A stretch of DNA of 64,000 nucleotides from a virus (taxonomy: Duplodnaviria; Caudoviricetes), in IMG/VR virus record IMGVR_UViG_2728369134_000004, positions 15,310-79,309 of that record. One strand, written 5' to 3'. Of this stretch, positions 1-10,313 are shown piece by piece (positions within the stretch are counted from its first letter, which is position 1; the number at the start of each line of letters is the position of its first letter). The position numbers were made by a program, and so were the translations under genes. The notes under the pieces are model-generated. The model had not been told where the DNA came from and made no database searches. It saw nothing but the letters and a program-made list of their open reading frames with translations.

Positions 1-2309
1 CCAAGAACCTTCTTTGTTGAGGAGCTTACTTTCCCTTCTGTATTTGTAGCAAAACGATCTACTGAAGCGATACTGTCTTCAGTTGCTTTTTGATATGCTT
101 TATATGCAACTACTCCAGTTCCGATAAGAGCCGCTGCTATTAAACCAACAGGCCCAAGAAGTACTCCTAATGCACTTCCTAAAAATCCAACCGCAGCACC
201 AGCAAGACCTGCAGCGCCACCAGCAATTCCTAATGATGTTGCTAGCGCTCCAATCCCTGACATAACCATCCCGACTGCCGCTAAAACTACACCGATTGCA
301 GCGGCTACCGCTGTTAAAGCAAGAACAATACCACCTGTAATTGCTATTGCCTTTTGTACAGGAGCAGGTAAAGAGTTAAATCCATCAACAAGTTTTTGTA
401 AACCCGCAACAAAAGCACTCACTACAGGAGCAAGTGCGTCACCAATTGTCTTTTTCATAGTAGAAAACGCTGAATCTAATAATGTAATTCGTCCTTGTAG
501 AGTATCAATTTTAGTCGCTGCAACATCAGCAGCCGTAACTTTAGACATGGCATCCCACATCTCATTGACACCTTTTGCTCCTTCTTTAAAGAGAATAGTC
601 GCACCACGTACCGCATCCGAACCAAATAATGTTTCTAAAGCCATGCTTCGTTGCTGGTCTGTCAAATCTTTCATTGATTCATGAAGTGTCCCTGAAATAT
701 TTTCTAGACTTTGAATATGCCCTTGTTGATCGTAGAATTTTGATGATAAGAAAGCTGAACTTGTTGCTAATTCACGAAATGTTGTATCACATTTATCATT
801 CCATTTCGTTACACCTTCTGTTTTCATTACATATTGTTCTAAAGCTACTTCTATATCCCCTACATTTCTGGAAGCTGGTTGAATACCGTTTTTAACTAAG
901 AAATCAAAACCAGCCTGCGCATTATAAGTAATAAGTCCTAAATCTCTCATTTTGTTATATGCTTCTTTTGTTGAAGGATTTAAACGCATGAGCATTGTTT
1001 TTAAAGATGTTCCTGCATCTGATCCCTTTAGACCATTTTGAGCAAACACTGCCAGAGTCGTAGCTGTATCTTTAAACGTCATCCCTGCTCCTGCTGCTAC
1101 TGCTGAAGATGCCGCTAAACCATATTTCAGTTCACGTACATCTGTAGCCGATGCGTTTGCTGCACCTGATAAAATGTTAGCCGCATCCGCTACTGATAGA
1201 TGGTCTGCTTTAAACGCATTTAAGGCTGTCGATGCAATTTCTGCCGCTTCACCTAAATCTAATTCTCCAGCAGTGGCTAGGTTCAGCGCACCAGATAGAC
1301 CCCCATTAATAATATCTGTTAAACTGACACCAGCTTTTATTAATTCTTCAATACCTTTTCCTGCTTCTACAGAAGAATATTTTGTTGTTTCACCCATATT
1401 GACAGCTAATTCACTTAATTTCTTCATTTCTTCTCCAGTAGAACCAGATACTGCTTTAACATTAGCCATTTGCTGTTCAAAATTCATCGATTCTGTAACT
1501 GCGGACTTTAAACCACGACCTATTGCATATGTCATTCCACCAAAAACAATACCAATTTGACTTCCTGCATTTTGCAAATGATTCCCCAGTGTTTCCATGC
1601 GATTCCCGAAATTCAGTAGTCGATTCCCTTGTTGCTCAAGTTCATGATTTGACTGACGTAATCCTTGTTCAAATCGATTTAATTCAGCAGTGGCCCTATG
1701 AATTTGTTCTGCGTAACGTTGCGCTGATTGACTCGCTTCTCCTTCCTCGGTTTTAGCGCGATTATAAGCTGACTGAAGCTCCCTAATTTTCTCTTTTTGC
1801 TTATCTACCATACGAGATAGAACATCAATTTTCGCTCGTGTCTGTTCAGTCGCATTGGTGTACCCATGCATCCCCGTTGTAACCGCTTGGAATTCAGCTT
1901 GTAAAGATTTCAATGAATTATTTAATTTATCCATTGCTGTTTGTTGCGCCTGACGATTCACTTGTTTGAGTTCATTCTCAAATCGATTTAAATCCGCAAC
2001 AGCCTTATTAACTTGTGCAGCGTACCGCTGAGTTGCAGCATCATTTTCACCTAATTTAGCTTTGTTCTGATCATAAGCTTGACGTAATGCCTTAACTTTT
2101 TCTTTTTGGGCTTCAATGAGTCTGCTGAGCGTATTCAATTTTGCCTGTGTTTGCTGACTAGCGTTGGCAAAACCGCCCATCCCTGTGCTTACAGATTTCA
2201 ACTCATTCTGTAACGTCCTGACTGCACGCCCTGAATTTGAGATACCTTGTCGAAAGTTTACATTATCAAGGGAAAGTCTAACGACCAGATTATTTATTTC
2301 GTTCGCCAT
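1..2309 (-). CDS. Tail tape measure protein A (5' part; runs off the window)
   Basis: Not in the ORF track. ATG at 2309 after a GGAGGTG RBS, reading MANEINNLVVRLSLDNVNFRQG...; Ala/Gly-rich helical TP901-type TMP sequence following the tail chaperones. Confidence 0.9.
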   Translation of the reverse strand, partial: MANEINNLVVRLSLDNVNFRQGISNSGRAVRTLQNELKSVSTGMGGFANASQQTQAKLNTLSRLIEAQKEKVKALRQAYDQNKAKLGENDAATQRYAAQVNKAVADLNRFENELKQVNRQAQQTAMDKLNNSLKSLQAEFQAVTTGMHGYTNATEQTRAKIDVLSRMVDKQKEKIRELQSAYNRAKTEEGEASQSAQRYAEQIHRATAELNRFEQGLRQSNHELEQQGNRLLNFGNRMETLGNHLQNAGSQIGIVFGGMTYAIGRGLKSAVTESMNFEQQMANVKAVSGSTGEEMKKLSELAVNMGETTKYSSVEAGKGIEELIKAGVSLTDIINGGLSGALNLATAGELDLGEAAEIASTALNAFKADHLSVADAANILSGAANASATDVRELKYGLAASSAVAAGAGMTFKDTATTLAVFAQNGLKGSDAGTSLKTMLMRLNPSTKEAYNKMRDLGLITYNAQAGFDFLVKNGIQPASRNVGDIEVALEQYVMKTEGVTKWNDKCDTTFRELATSSAFLSSKFYDQQGHIQSLENISGTLHESMKDLTDQQRSMALETLFGSDAVRGATILFKEGAKGVNEMWDAMSKVTAADVAATKIDTLQGRITLLDSAFSTMKKTIGDALAPVVSAFVAGLQKLVDGFNSLPAPVQKAIAITGGIVLALTAVAAAIGVVLAAVGMVMSGIGALATSLGIAGGAAGLAGAAVGFLGSALGVLLGPVGLIAAALIGTGVVAYKAYQKATEDSIASVDRFATNTEGKVSSSTKKVL

Positions 2310-2325
2310 AGTCTCACCTCCCTCG

Positions 2326-2520
2326 TTAAATAATGTTTTCAGCTGGCACTTCTACTTCATTTGAATTAGATCCTTCGTGATTTTCATTTCCGTTTTCATG
2401 CATTTTGCGATTAAGCCTCAAATAATGCCAAATATCCATCTCATTATCAATGTGATGGTGTTTGTACCCTTGTTGCAATAAAGAGAGGTAGAGTTCATCC
2501 ATAAACTCGCCGAATGTCAA
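2326..2520 (-). CDS. Tail assembly chaperone, downstream (GT-like) frame
   Basis: Between the chaperone and the TMP; lies in the -1 frame of the upstream ORF. Confidence 0.7.
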   Translation of the reverse strand: MTFGEFMDELYLSLLQQGYKHHHIDNEMDIWHYLRLNRKMHENGNENHEGSNSNEVEVPAENII

Positions 2521-2531
2521 CCCTCCTCCCT

Positions 2532-2849
2532 CTATACGTTTGGGTTTTCTACTCCATCAGCTACAGGATTAGCGCCCGCTGCTTCTACCGTTTCATTAAC
2601 TAGAGCATTAATTACATCTGTTGTCGTTAGTAAAAATTTCCGAGCGTCTATACCGTCCCAATACTGATCTACTGTAAATTGTTCACCGTAAACCTGTACA
2701 ACATATTCCACCATCTTATCTAAATCGGAAGCTTCAGGATTATTTGGAATGTCTGCAAGTTCAGGAGCTCGGCGAATTAAACGAGCTGGGATGAATGCTG
2801 GTAAGTTAAAAGTTTTTTCTTCGTTATTGATTCGTAAAGTTAATTTCAT
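2532..2849 (-). CDS. Tail assembly chaperone (gpG-like)
   Basis: Follows the major tail gene; slippery CCCAAAC near the 3' end. Confidence 0.8.
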   Translation of the reverse strand: MKLTLRINNEEKTFNLPAFIPARLIRRAPELADIPNNPEASDLDKMVEYVVQVYGEQFTVDQYWDGIDARKFLLTTTDVINALVNETVEAAGANPVADGVENPNV

Positions 2850-2896
2850 AATTTATTCCTCCTTAAATAATAAAAAGAGAGAGCATTTGCTCCCTC

Positions 2897-3505
2897 TTAT
2901 TTTCCTGCTGGTGGTTGTGCGACTGGTTTTTCATATACTTTATTAAACCAATTATCTCCAACTGATTTTGTAAACGTTGGCTCATCTTCATCCGCTGTAA
3001 ATTTCGTTCTATCATCAAAATCACGTTCAATAAAGGAACCTTTCAATTTTGTTGTTTGGAAATTCGGTTTATCTTTTTTCGTTTCAGCCTCTTCTTCCTC
3101 TTGTGAAAGTTTCCCTTTTAATAACCAAACATATCGATACTTACCATTGGCTTTTAAGAATCGGAAACCAATAGCTAAATATGGTTTCTCACCTTCACGT
3201 TTCTCATCTAAAACTCCATCTTTTACTTCTGGAAACCCTTCAATGTCAGCCTTTGTTGATAGAGAAATACTTCGAAGTTCGATTTCCACTTCAGTTTCAC
3301 CATCAGATTCTGCAATCTCTGATTTTCTGTTATCGCTCCACATAACCTCAGAAGATACTTTTTTAGTTAATTTAACCTTTACTGCACCTTCCATTTTTTT
3401 AACCGTGCTGTAATCAACACCAGTTGCATCATCTTTTAATGACTTCGCATAAACTAGGTTATCTACACCGACAGTCGAACTAATTTTAATAACTTCTCCA
3501 GCCAT
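2897..3505 (-). CDS. Major tail protein (phi13 family)
   Basis: VGVDNLVYA...YLAIGFRFLKANGKYRYVWLLKGK motifs; synteny. Confidence 0.9.
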   Translation of the reverse strand: MAGEVIKISSTVGVDNLVYAKSLKDDATGVDYSTVKKMEGAVKVKLTKKVSSEVMWSDNRKSEIAESDGETEVEIELRSISLSTKADIEGFPEVKDGVLDEKREGEKPYLAIGFRFLKANGKYRYVWLLKGKLSQEEEEAETKKDKPNFQTTKLKGSFIERDFDDRTKFTADEDEPTFTKSVGDNWFNKVYEKPVAQPPAGK

Positions 3506-3865
3506 CTATAACTCCACTCCTTTTGCGAATCGCATCGCGTAATGAAATATTTCTGTATCATCTTCATATAAATCAGCAATCGCATAACGTGAGAAGCCGA
3601 TACTTTTCATGACTTCATTCACTTTTTGATGAATTGCTGTTGTACTACCCTTTGCCCAAACATCAATTTGAAACAAGACTTCACTTTCAATTTCTCGATT
3701 ATCTGCAAATCCATCTGGCCTATTATCTAATTCAAAATACGTAATTCGCGGAAACTCTTCTGCTTTCTTTGCTTTACGGTAATAAATTCTTTTTCCACCT
3801 AACAATGAAACAAGCTCTTGATTATTCTCAAGAGCTTGTAAAATATCAGGTCTTAGATTTATCAC
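3506..3865 (-). CDS. Tail terminator / completion protein (DUF3168-like)
   Basis: FPRITY, FQIDVW motifs; synteny. Confidence 0.8.
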   Translation of the reverse strand: MINLRPDILQALENNQELVSLLGGKRIYYRKAKKAEEFPRITYFELDNRPDGFADNREIESEVLFQIDVWAKGSTTAIHQKVNEVMKSIGFSRYAIADLYEDDTEIFHYAMRFAKGVEL

Positions 3866-4299
3866 AGGTTCAACCTCATTTCGTTCTTTAAAATATCTGT
3901 CATAGCACGTACAGCTTCCGCTTTTGAAGCATTAAAACCCGGCTCTATAAATGGATGTGCTGGCATTTTGGATGTACCCCACTCTAAAAACTTTCCATAG
4001 AAATATGGAGAACGATCCGCTTTGTCTATTCCAATCTTAATCGTTTTCACACCATTTTCCATTCGTGCCTTCGTAACTCGTATATTATCAAGCAAATGTT
4101 GGCCCGTACGCCAAGGTTCACTTTTGGAAGGTTTCTTAGGACTTGAACTCCTCGGTTCACTTCTTTCTGCAATAGCTTTTCGAATTTGTTCACCACCGGA
4201 TGCAAGAGCTTTATCTTCAATTTCCTCTCCGCGTAACCCCATTTGATTTAATTCAGTAACTAAACGATCAAAACCTAACAAATCTACACCATCAGCCAT
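3862..4299 (-). CDS. HK97 gp10-family neck protein
   Basis: FLEWGTSKMPAHPFIEP motif. Confidence 0.9.
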   Translation of the reverse strand: MADGVDLLGFDRLVTELNQMGLRGEEIEDKALASGGEQIRKAIAERSEPRSSSPKKPSKSEPWRTGQHLLDNIRVTKARMENGVKTIKIGIDKADRSPYFYGKFLEWGTSKMPAHPFIEPGFNASKAEAVRAMTDILKNEMRLNL

Positions 4300-4615
4300 T
4301 CATTTCACCACGCTTCCACATGATTAATAAAGTATGATCTTGAGTTGGAATAACGGAAACAATATCATAAATCACGTTTTTGTAATTAATTTTCATATCT
4401 GCACTTACATCATCCCGATTTCTGATTTCTGTTTCTCCTTGAACCTCACTATTAGCAGCCGCTGCCTCAAAGTATTTCCTTCCTTTTAAATAAACGAAAG
4501 AGCCCCATACAGTAAAAGCATCTTTATAGCCATCTATTGGATCACCGTCAGGCCCTTTTGCATTTTCATCTTTTACTTGAAATGTAAGCCTTTTATCTAA
4601 TTTTGCAGGATTCAT
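4292..4615 (-). CDS. Head closure protein (SPP1 gp16-like)
   Basis: MNPAKLDKRLTFQ N-terminus; synteny. Confidence 0.85.
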   Translation of the reverse strand: MNPAKLDKRLTFQVKDENAKGPDGDPIDGYKDAFTVWGSFVYLKGRKYFEAAAANSEVQGETEIRNRDDVSADMKINYKNVIYDIVSVIPTQDHTLLIMWKRGEMNG

Positions 4616-4902
4616 TTGCTTTCCTCCTGAGGTTCTGGAGCATATTGGAGCTGTAATATCATACTCTGAACAATAGTTCTGATTTTTTCACTGGCTTTTT
4701 CCCCTACAAGCAATCGGTTTTCATACCAATCGGCAACCAAAAATAAACAAAGCAACTTAGCATCTTCATTTGTTTGAGTAAATGTTTTGCCAGTTGCTTT
4801 GTAAATATATAATTCAGCCGCTTTAATTAACATAGTGATAGTTTGGTCATCGTCCCCATCCACTCGAATCCATTCTTTAGCTTCTTCTAAGGTAACAAGC
4901 AT
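4612..4902 (-). CDS. Head-tail connector (HK97 gp6-like)
   Basis: VTLEEAKEWIRVD...LVADWYENR motif. Confidence 0.9.
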   Translation of the reverse strand: MLVTLEEAKEWIRVDGDDDQTITMLIKAAELYIYKATGKTFTQTNEDAKLLCLFLVADWYENRLLVGEKASEKIRTIVQSMILQLQYAPEPQEESK

Positions 4903-4919
4903 TCAAATGCCTCCCTAAC

Positions 4920-6098
4920 TTACCCTTGAGGTTGTTCAACAGGAGCGCTTAAATCGATTTCTCCGTAAACTGCTGCTTCGTTATCCCACATTTGTACATC
5001 ATCACGTTGAATTGCACGTAAGTCTAATGTATTACGAGTGAATGCTTTACCACCTACATCTGTAGAAGCAAGTTCCATATCTTCACGTTTAAATAAAACA
5101 ATAGCTTCCTTTAAATCCCCAATAATAAGTGGAGCTTTTTTATTTGTAGTTCCCTTTGTTTTTAAAAAACGATTTGAAACAACAACAACTGGATTAGTAC
5201 CAGCAAATAGTTTTTTGTTTTTTTGCGTTGGGTCTGACTGTAAAATATATTTTCCGTCTTTATCTTTTAATTTATCTAAGTAATTAAACCCATCTTGATT
5301 TGTAAGTAAAATTGCATTGGGAGAAATCGCTGGGTCTAATTTAACATTTAATACATCTTTAATATCATCCAGAGATTTGATTGCTTGCTTTGTTAACTTT
5401 TCGATTACATTCAAGATTAACACATTACGTGTAACCTTAGATTTTTTACCTAGCCAGTTAATTACATACTTTAGGATGTTTTGGTCACTATCTTGAAGCA
5501 ATGAACGAGATAACGGTAAAATACCTGCTCTGTCCTTCACTGCATATTGTACATTTGAGAATTTCGGGTTATCAGTTTCTGGAATTTCGCCCATTTCAGT
5601 GATTTCAACAAACGGAATCATTTCTGAATTTTTCTCTAATACTCTTGATCCTGAACGTGTACGCACTGGCTCAACAGTTACATATTGCTCAAGTGCATCA
5701 AATGAACGAGCTAATTCATTGATTCGTGTTTGAATATCTTGAGGGATAACCAGCCCTCCATCTTCCCCAGTTAATCCAGACATTGCGCGTTTTTCTAAAT
5801 CATCCTCAAGAAACTCACGTTCTTCAGCATTTAATGGTTTATTACGTAATGCTTTCATAAATACATCTCGGTATTCCATTTCACCATCTACATTACGTGT
5901 TTCAACTTCTCGGCCATTGTTTCGTTCTTCCGCTTCCGATTCATCCAATGAGCGTTGTAAATCAACTTTTTTCTGAAGTGATCGCACTTCTTCCATCATT
6001 TGTTCTGCTTCTGCCACTTTATCTTCTCTCATGAGAGAGCGTACTTCTTCCTTTTTCCCTTCTAATTTAGCTAATAATTCACGTAATTCTTTTGACAT
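4920..6098 (-). CDS. Major capsid protein, HK97 family
   Basis: Coiled-coil delta domain, GGLVIPQD motif, 392 aa, downstream of the protease. Confidence 0.95.
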   Translation of the reverse strand: MSKELRELLAKLEGKKEEVRSLMREDKVAEAEQMMEEVRSLQKKVDLQRSLDESEAEERNNGREVETRNVDGEMEYRDVFMKALRNKPLNAEEREFLEDDLEKRAMSGLTGEDGGLVIPQDIQTRINELARSFDALEQYVTVEPVRTRSGSRVLEKNSEMIPFVEITEMGEIPETDNPKFSNVQYAVKDRAGILPLSRSLLQDSDQNILKYVINWLGKKSKVTRNVLILNVIEKLTKQAIKSLDDIKDVLNVKLDPAISPNAILLTNQDGFNYLDKLKDKDGKYILQSDPTQKNKKLFAGTNPVVVVSNRFLKTKGTTNKKAPLIIGDLKEAIVLFKREDMELASTDVGGKAFTRNTLDLRAIQRDDVQMWDNEAAVYGEIDLSAPVEQPQG

Positions 6099-6136
6099 TC
6101 AAATCACTCCTTAAATTTATCAATAAAAAAAGAGCC

Positions 6137-6766
6137 TTATATAAGCTCTAGTTCGATTTGTAATTTTCTTTTCCTAAATTCATCAGCTACTCGCTTTTCT
6201 CCAGCTTTAAACTCATCCAATGAACGTACACTTACTTCATTCGTGGGATATGCCGGAAATGCAACCGGTGATATTTCATATAGTTCGGCATTCAAAATCG
6301 AACGCTTATAAAGCTTTCCATTTTCACGTTCTTCCGATGACCATTTGTCTTTTGTAACTTTCATCCCAAAAGAAACTCCATCAACATCTCCACGCTTAAT
6401 CAATTCCCATGCGTCATTCCCGACAGTTGTATTAGGAATATCTAATTCAAACCGTAATTCTTTCTTGTCATTTTCGATTCGTAAAGTTTTACTTTTTGTA
6501 TTTCCTAATACTTGAGATGTGTCGTGAGACCATAAACCTACAACATCACGAACTTTTAAACTTTCATCAAAAGCCCCTTCAGCAATCTCTTCTACGAAAG
6601 AATCGCCCCACCAGTCACGCATTTCAGCACTTTCATTGTTATATTTTATCGATCCAGAAATTGTTCGTTTTCCATCGTCCTCATTAACTTCACGGACTTC
6701 AATAGTCATTGGTAAAGCTCTAATTTCCTTCATTTCCTTCTTTGCTGACTTCTCCACTAGTATCAC
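6137..6766 (-). CDS. HK97-family prohead protease
   Basis: LWSHD, GVSFG, EISPVAFPAY motifs; true start may be slightly downstream. Confidence 0.93.
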   Translation of the reverse strand: MILVEKSAKKEMKEIRALPMTIEVREVNEDDGKRTISGSIKYNNESAEMRDWWGDSFVEEIAEGAFDESLKVRDVVGLWSHDTSQVLGNTKSKTLRIENDKKELRFELDIPNTTVGNDAWELIKRGDVDGVSFGMKVTKDKWSSEERENGKLYKRSILNAELYEISPVAFPAYPTNEVSVRSLDEFKAGEKRVADEFRKRKLQIELELI

Positions 6767-8018
6767 CTCCCTTCAAATACGCTTGTCCAGCCATATCAAT
6801 CGGTAGCATATTCCCATTAACAAGTAAGCGATCCCCACCAACTTCTGGTGGTAAATCTTCTTTACTTCTAGCCTCGTTAGGTTTGAGGAAACCACCTTGA
6901 ATACCTGTCCTATAAGCTTCATATCTCGTTTTAATATCCGCCCGTAGAATAGCATCTACATTGAATTTCGAATAAAAGCCTTTATCCAACTCACTGTCTA
7001 AAAATAGCTTATAAGTCATTTCTTGCTCATACATCGTTAAAGTAGCTTGCAATGTATCGGTATAAAATTGTTGTTGCTGCTGCTCAATATTATTTAAAGT
7101 CGCTTTACTCAAATCGTTTAATTGATGCATTTTAATGCCGAATGCAGTAGCGATTTGCCTAATAGTAAGCTCAGTATTTTCAAGGAATTGAGCATCTGAC
7201 ATATTTAAGGATATAGGCTGAAATTGGTATCCTACTGGCATTAATGCAATACGATGACTATTTTGAAGACCGCTAGACATTGATTCAAAATTTTCTCGGA
7301 AAACCTTTTTCGCATCTTCACTTAAATCACCGACATATTGAACTAATCCCTTTACCTGTAAGCCTTGTTTGTAAAAGTTATTTATGAATTTATCAGCTGA
7401 AGCTGAATTTTCTAATGTTGACTTTAAATATTCCATTGTAGGAACACCAACAAGACCATCAAGAGTTATTCCGTTTTTAAAGTGCAGTATCTCTTCAGAC
7501 TTTAACACTCTTTGCTGTCCATTCGTATTTACTACATACCACATTTTAGTTTTGGAATTTAATAAACCGACGTCATCAATGTACACCGTCACTTTAGAAG
7601 CATCTATCGGCCATAACGCTTGAACTTTACCTTTTCTATCAAATTCTATGTTGGCGTAGCTATTGCCATATAAATTTTTTTGAGCTTCTAATGCCCCAAA
7701 AAAATTCATGCTAGACATATACGGGTTAGGCCTTAGTCTCAATACATTGTTGAGATAATGCTTAGTCCCGCGTTGGATTCCATATTCATCTTCCTGATAA
7801 ATTTTCAATGGTAACTTTGATACAGATTCAGATAGTATCTTGGTACAAGCAAAGACTGTAGCAACTTTTAAAGCATTTTTTCCTTTAACACTAATATCAC
7901 TTGGAGAAATCCCTAACCATTCTAATAATTTCTCATCGTCTTTATTTAACTCTATTACCTGCGACGTTTGACGTTTTTCAAAATTAAAGAACTTTTTAAC
8001 TGAATCCACTATTTTCAC
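6720..8018 (-). CDS. Portal protein, HK97 family
   Basis: LRLRPNPYMS, GNSY, EILHF, NEARSKEDLPP motifs. Confidence 0.95.
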   Translation of the reverse strand: MKIVDSVKKFFNFEKRQTSQVIELNKDDEKLLEWLGISPSDISVKGKNALKVATVFACTKILSESVSKLPLKIYQEDEYGIQRGTKHYLNNVLRLRPNPYMSSMNFFGALEAQKNLYGNSYANIEFDRKGKVQALWPIDASKVTVYIDDVGLLNSKTKMWYVVNTNGQQRVLKSEEILHFKNGITLDGLVGVPTMEYLKSTLENSASADKFINNFYKQGLQVKGLVQYVGDLSEDAKKVFRENFESMSSGLQNSHRIALMPVGYQFQPISLNMSDAQFLENTELTIRQIATAFGIKMHQLNDLSKATLNNIEQQQQQFYTDTLQATLTMYEQEMTYKLFLDSELDKGFYSKFNVDAILRADIKTRYEAYRTGIQGGFLKPNEARSKEDLPPEVGGDRLLVNGNMLPIDMAGQAYLKGGDTSGEVSKEGNEGN

Positions 8019-8033
8019 ATGTTCACCCCCTCC

Positions 8034-9731
8034 CTAGTTCCATAACTTGCCTAGAAAGTCTTTATTCGCAAATTCAGATACATCAAACCTGACACTTGCT
8101 CCATACATAGCCCTAGCAAACGCATTTAATACCGCTGCTGCTGGATCAATACGATTTTTACTTATTTTTTTCGAAATCATAATGTTTTCCTGATCATCCA
8201 TTTTAACAACAGCATTATTAAGCGCCCAAAAAAGGACTGGGTCTCCATTATGTTTAACTTTCTTTTCGTATACTTTTTCACGAAAAGTTTTAGTCGGAAT
8301 GGATAAATTAGCAATCCTTTGAGGGATTTCTACACAAACAAATCCTTTATTCTCTAAATTTTGTGCTAGATGCAACGCATTCCATTTATCATAATCAAAC
8401 TCTTGGATTTCTTTATCTTTTGAAAAGTTTTCTATCCAAGACTCGACAATTGTATAATCAACCATTTCACCGGGCGTTAAAGTCAAATATCCTTGTTCGG
8501 CCCATAAATCATACCGCACCTTATCTATAGCCATTTTTTCTTTCAAACGTGCTTCAGGCATAAAAGAATGTTGTCCAACAATAAAATCACCTTCATCATC
8601 CATTCCAACCCAACCGACACTTGTTAAATCCGTTGTCATTGATAAGTCGCCACCTATCCAAAGAGTTGCACCTGAAAAATCAAGGTTATCTACTTCACAT
8701 TTTTGCCATTTTGACATATCCATGTATCCGTTGTCCTTTTTATCGACCCAGATATTCATGTTTTTCGTTAAAAAGGCCCTCATCTTCTCAGGTCTATCAA
8801 GAGCAACTTTCAAATCTGAACGTATGCCTTCCAAACCTTCTTCATATGTTGCTACGATTGGGTTTGCTTTTATCCAATTCGACTCATCTTTGATATCATC
8901 GTTCTTTTCCAATTCGCAGATCATAACGAAATAATCATCGTTTTCTACATTTTTTGACGGGTCTAAGATATCACTGACATACTCATACTCCCTATAACAA
9001 GGTCTTGATAAGTCGAAACCAGCTGTTGTTATGATAAACATTAACGGCTCTTTCCTTGCCACCATACCAGACGATAAAACGTCATAAATTTCATCAGTTT
9101 CATGTGCGTGATATTCATCGACAATTCCAAGAGACGGGTTTTTACCATCACCAGTTTTTCTAGCTTCTTTTGAAAGTGGGACTACCACTGAACCATTCTT
9201 AAATATTTCAATGGTACTATAAGCTTCTTTCCATTTCCCTTCTAACAATTCACTAGAACTAATCCCTGTTTTTACAGCTTCATAAACTTCAGATGATTGG
9301 TCTCTTGTCCATCCGGCAATATAAGCACGTTGTTTTTCATCTCCAAGAAATGTACAAAAAGCTGCTACAATAGCAAGAAACTGAGATTTAGCATTTTTAC
9401 GCGCTAACTGAATAAAAGCCTTTCTAAATCGCCTAGCTCCATTTATTTTCTTTTTGAATCCGAATATATTAGCCGCTAGAAACAATTGAAAATCAGTTAA
9501 TTCTACGGATTCACCTGCCAAAATCCCTTCAACATGCTTAAATTCCTTTGCAAACCAGTAAAAATCCTCCGCTATCTCTCCATCAAAATAAAAAGGACTG
9601 TCTTCACTTTGACACTCCTCATAATCCCTTATAAATCGTTCGATGGCCCAACGATGTTTTTTGCAACTATTTATTTTGCCACTTAAAATATCCTCGCAAT
9701 ATGCAAAAACCCGTTCCATTATCCAGTTCAT
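8034..9731 (-). CDS. terL: Terminase large subunit A (cos type)
   Basis: ARKNAKS Walker A, IVDEYH Walker B, GGDLS and RIDP nuclease motifs. Confidence 0.95.
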   Translation of the reverse strand: MNWIMERVFAYCEDILSGKINSCKKHRWAIERFIRDYEECQSEDSPFYFDGEIAEDFYWFAKEFKHVEGILAGESVELTDFQLFLAANIFGFKKKINGARRFRKAFIQLARKNAKSQFLAIVAAFCTFLGDEKQRAYIAGWTRDQSSEVYEAVKTGISSSELLEGKWKEAYSTIEIFKNGSVVVPLSKEARKTGDGKNPSLGIVDEYHAHETDEIYDVLSSGMVARKEPLMFIITTAGFDLSRPCYREYEYVSDILDPSKNVENDDYFVMICELEKNDDIKDESNWIKANPIVATYEEGLEGIRSDLKVALDRPEKMRAFLTKNMNIWVDKKDNGYMDMSKWQKCEVDNLDFSGATLWIGGDLSMTTDLTSVGWVGMDDEGDFIVGQHSFMPEARLKEKMAIDKVRYDLWAEQGYLTLTPGEMVDYTIVESWIENFSKDKEIQEFDYDKWNALHLAQNLENKGFVCVEIPQRIANLSIPTKTFREKVYEKKVKHNGDPVLFWALNNAVVKMDDQENIMISKKISKNRIDPAAAVLNAFARAMYGASVRFDVSEFANKDFLGKLWN

Positions 9732-10213
9732 ATACGATCACCAAAACGCTTTTGCGCTTCACTTTGCTTTTGTTGTGAAGTATCTGCTTCTGGAATAACT
9801 AATTTTAAGCGGGATGTAATGGTCAAACCCAAATCACTAGCTGAAGAACGGCATTCATTAAATAAAAGATTTTTACTTCTTTGCATTTGAGAATACAATT
9901 TAAAGTCATCTGAAGCTTTTGTTTTTCTTAGAAGACGAACCATTTTTATATATTGGTCTTTAGAATCAACGTACCTTGCTAAACTGTCAACATCTAAGTT
10001 GCTGAAAATTTTCAGCCTGACTAATTCAGCAGCTAAAGCATCGAATTCCTTTTTTTGTGCTGCGGTCAAATAAGAAGGAGCTTCAATTTTATCAGTATGC
10101 CCTCGTAATGCTTCTTCTTGTTTTTCTCGTCTGTTTTTCTCACTTTTTGTAATGTGATTTGATCTACCTTTTCCCTGTATAACAGAGAGTGGTTGTTTAT
10201 TTCTTCCAGCCAT
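9728..10213 (-). CDS. terS: Terminase small subunit (P27 family)
   Basis: APSYL...LGLTITSR motif; upstream of terL. Confidence 0.9.
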   Translation of the reverse strand: MAGRNKQPLSVIQGKGRSNHITKSEKNRREKQEEALRGHTDKIEAPSYLTAAQKKEFDALAAELVRLKIFSNLDVDSLARYVDSKDQYIKMVRLLRKTKASDDFKLYSQMQRSKNLLFNECRSSASDLGLTITSRLKLVIPEADTSQQKQSEAQKRFGDRI

Positions 10214-10266
10214 GATTACACCCCCTTAAAAAAATATGCAAAAACGGATTTTTCTGCGAAGTTGGG

Positions 10267-10275
10267 GGGGCGGCG
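10267..10275 (-). other. Putative cos site CGCCGCCCC
   Basis: GC-rich stretch between HNH and terS matching, from recall, the 9-nt cohesive end of Wbeta/Gamma-type phages. Confidence 0.75.
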
Positions 10276-10313
10276 GTACGGGAAGACCGTCCTGAATGTT
10301 TTTCGACCCACCC

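Noticed and set aside
629-2364. + strand ORFs over the first 2.3 kb, and similar + strand ORFs opposite structural genes throughout
   Set aside because: Antisense shadows of real minus-strand genes (tape measure, capsid, terminase etc.); no RBS, no motifs
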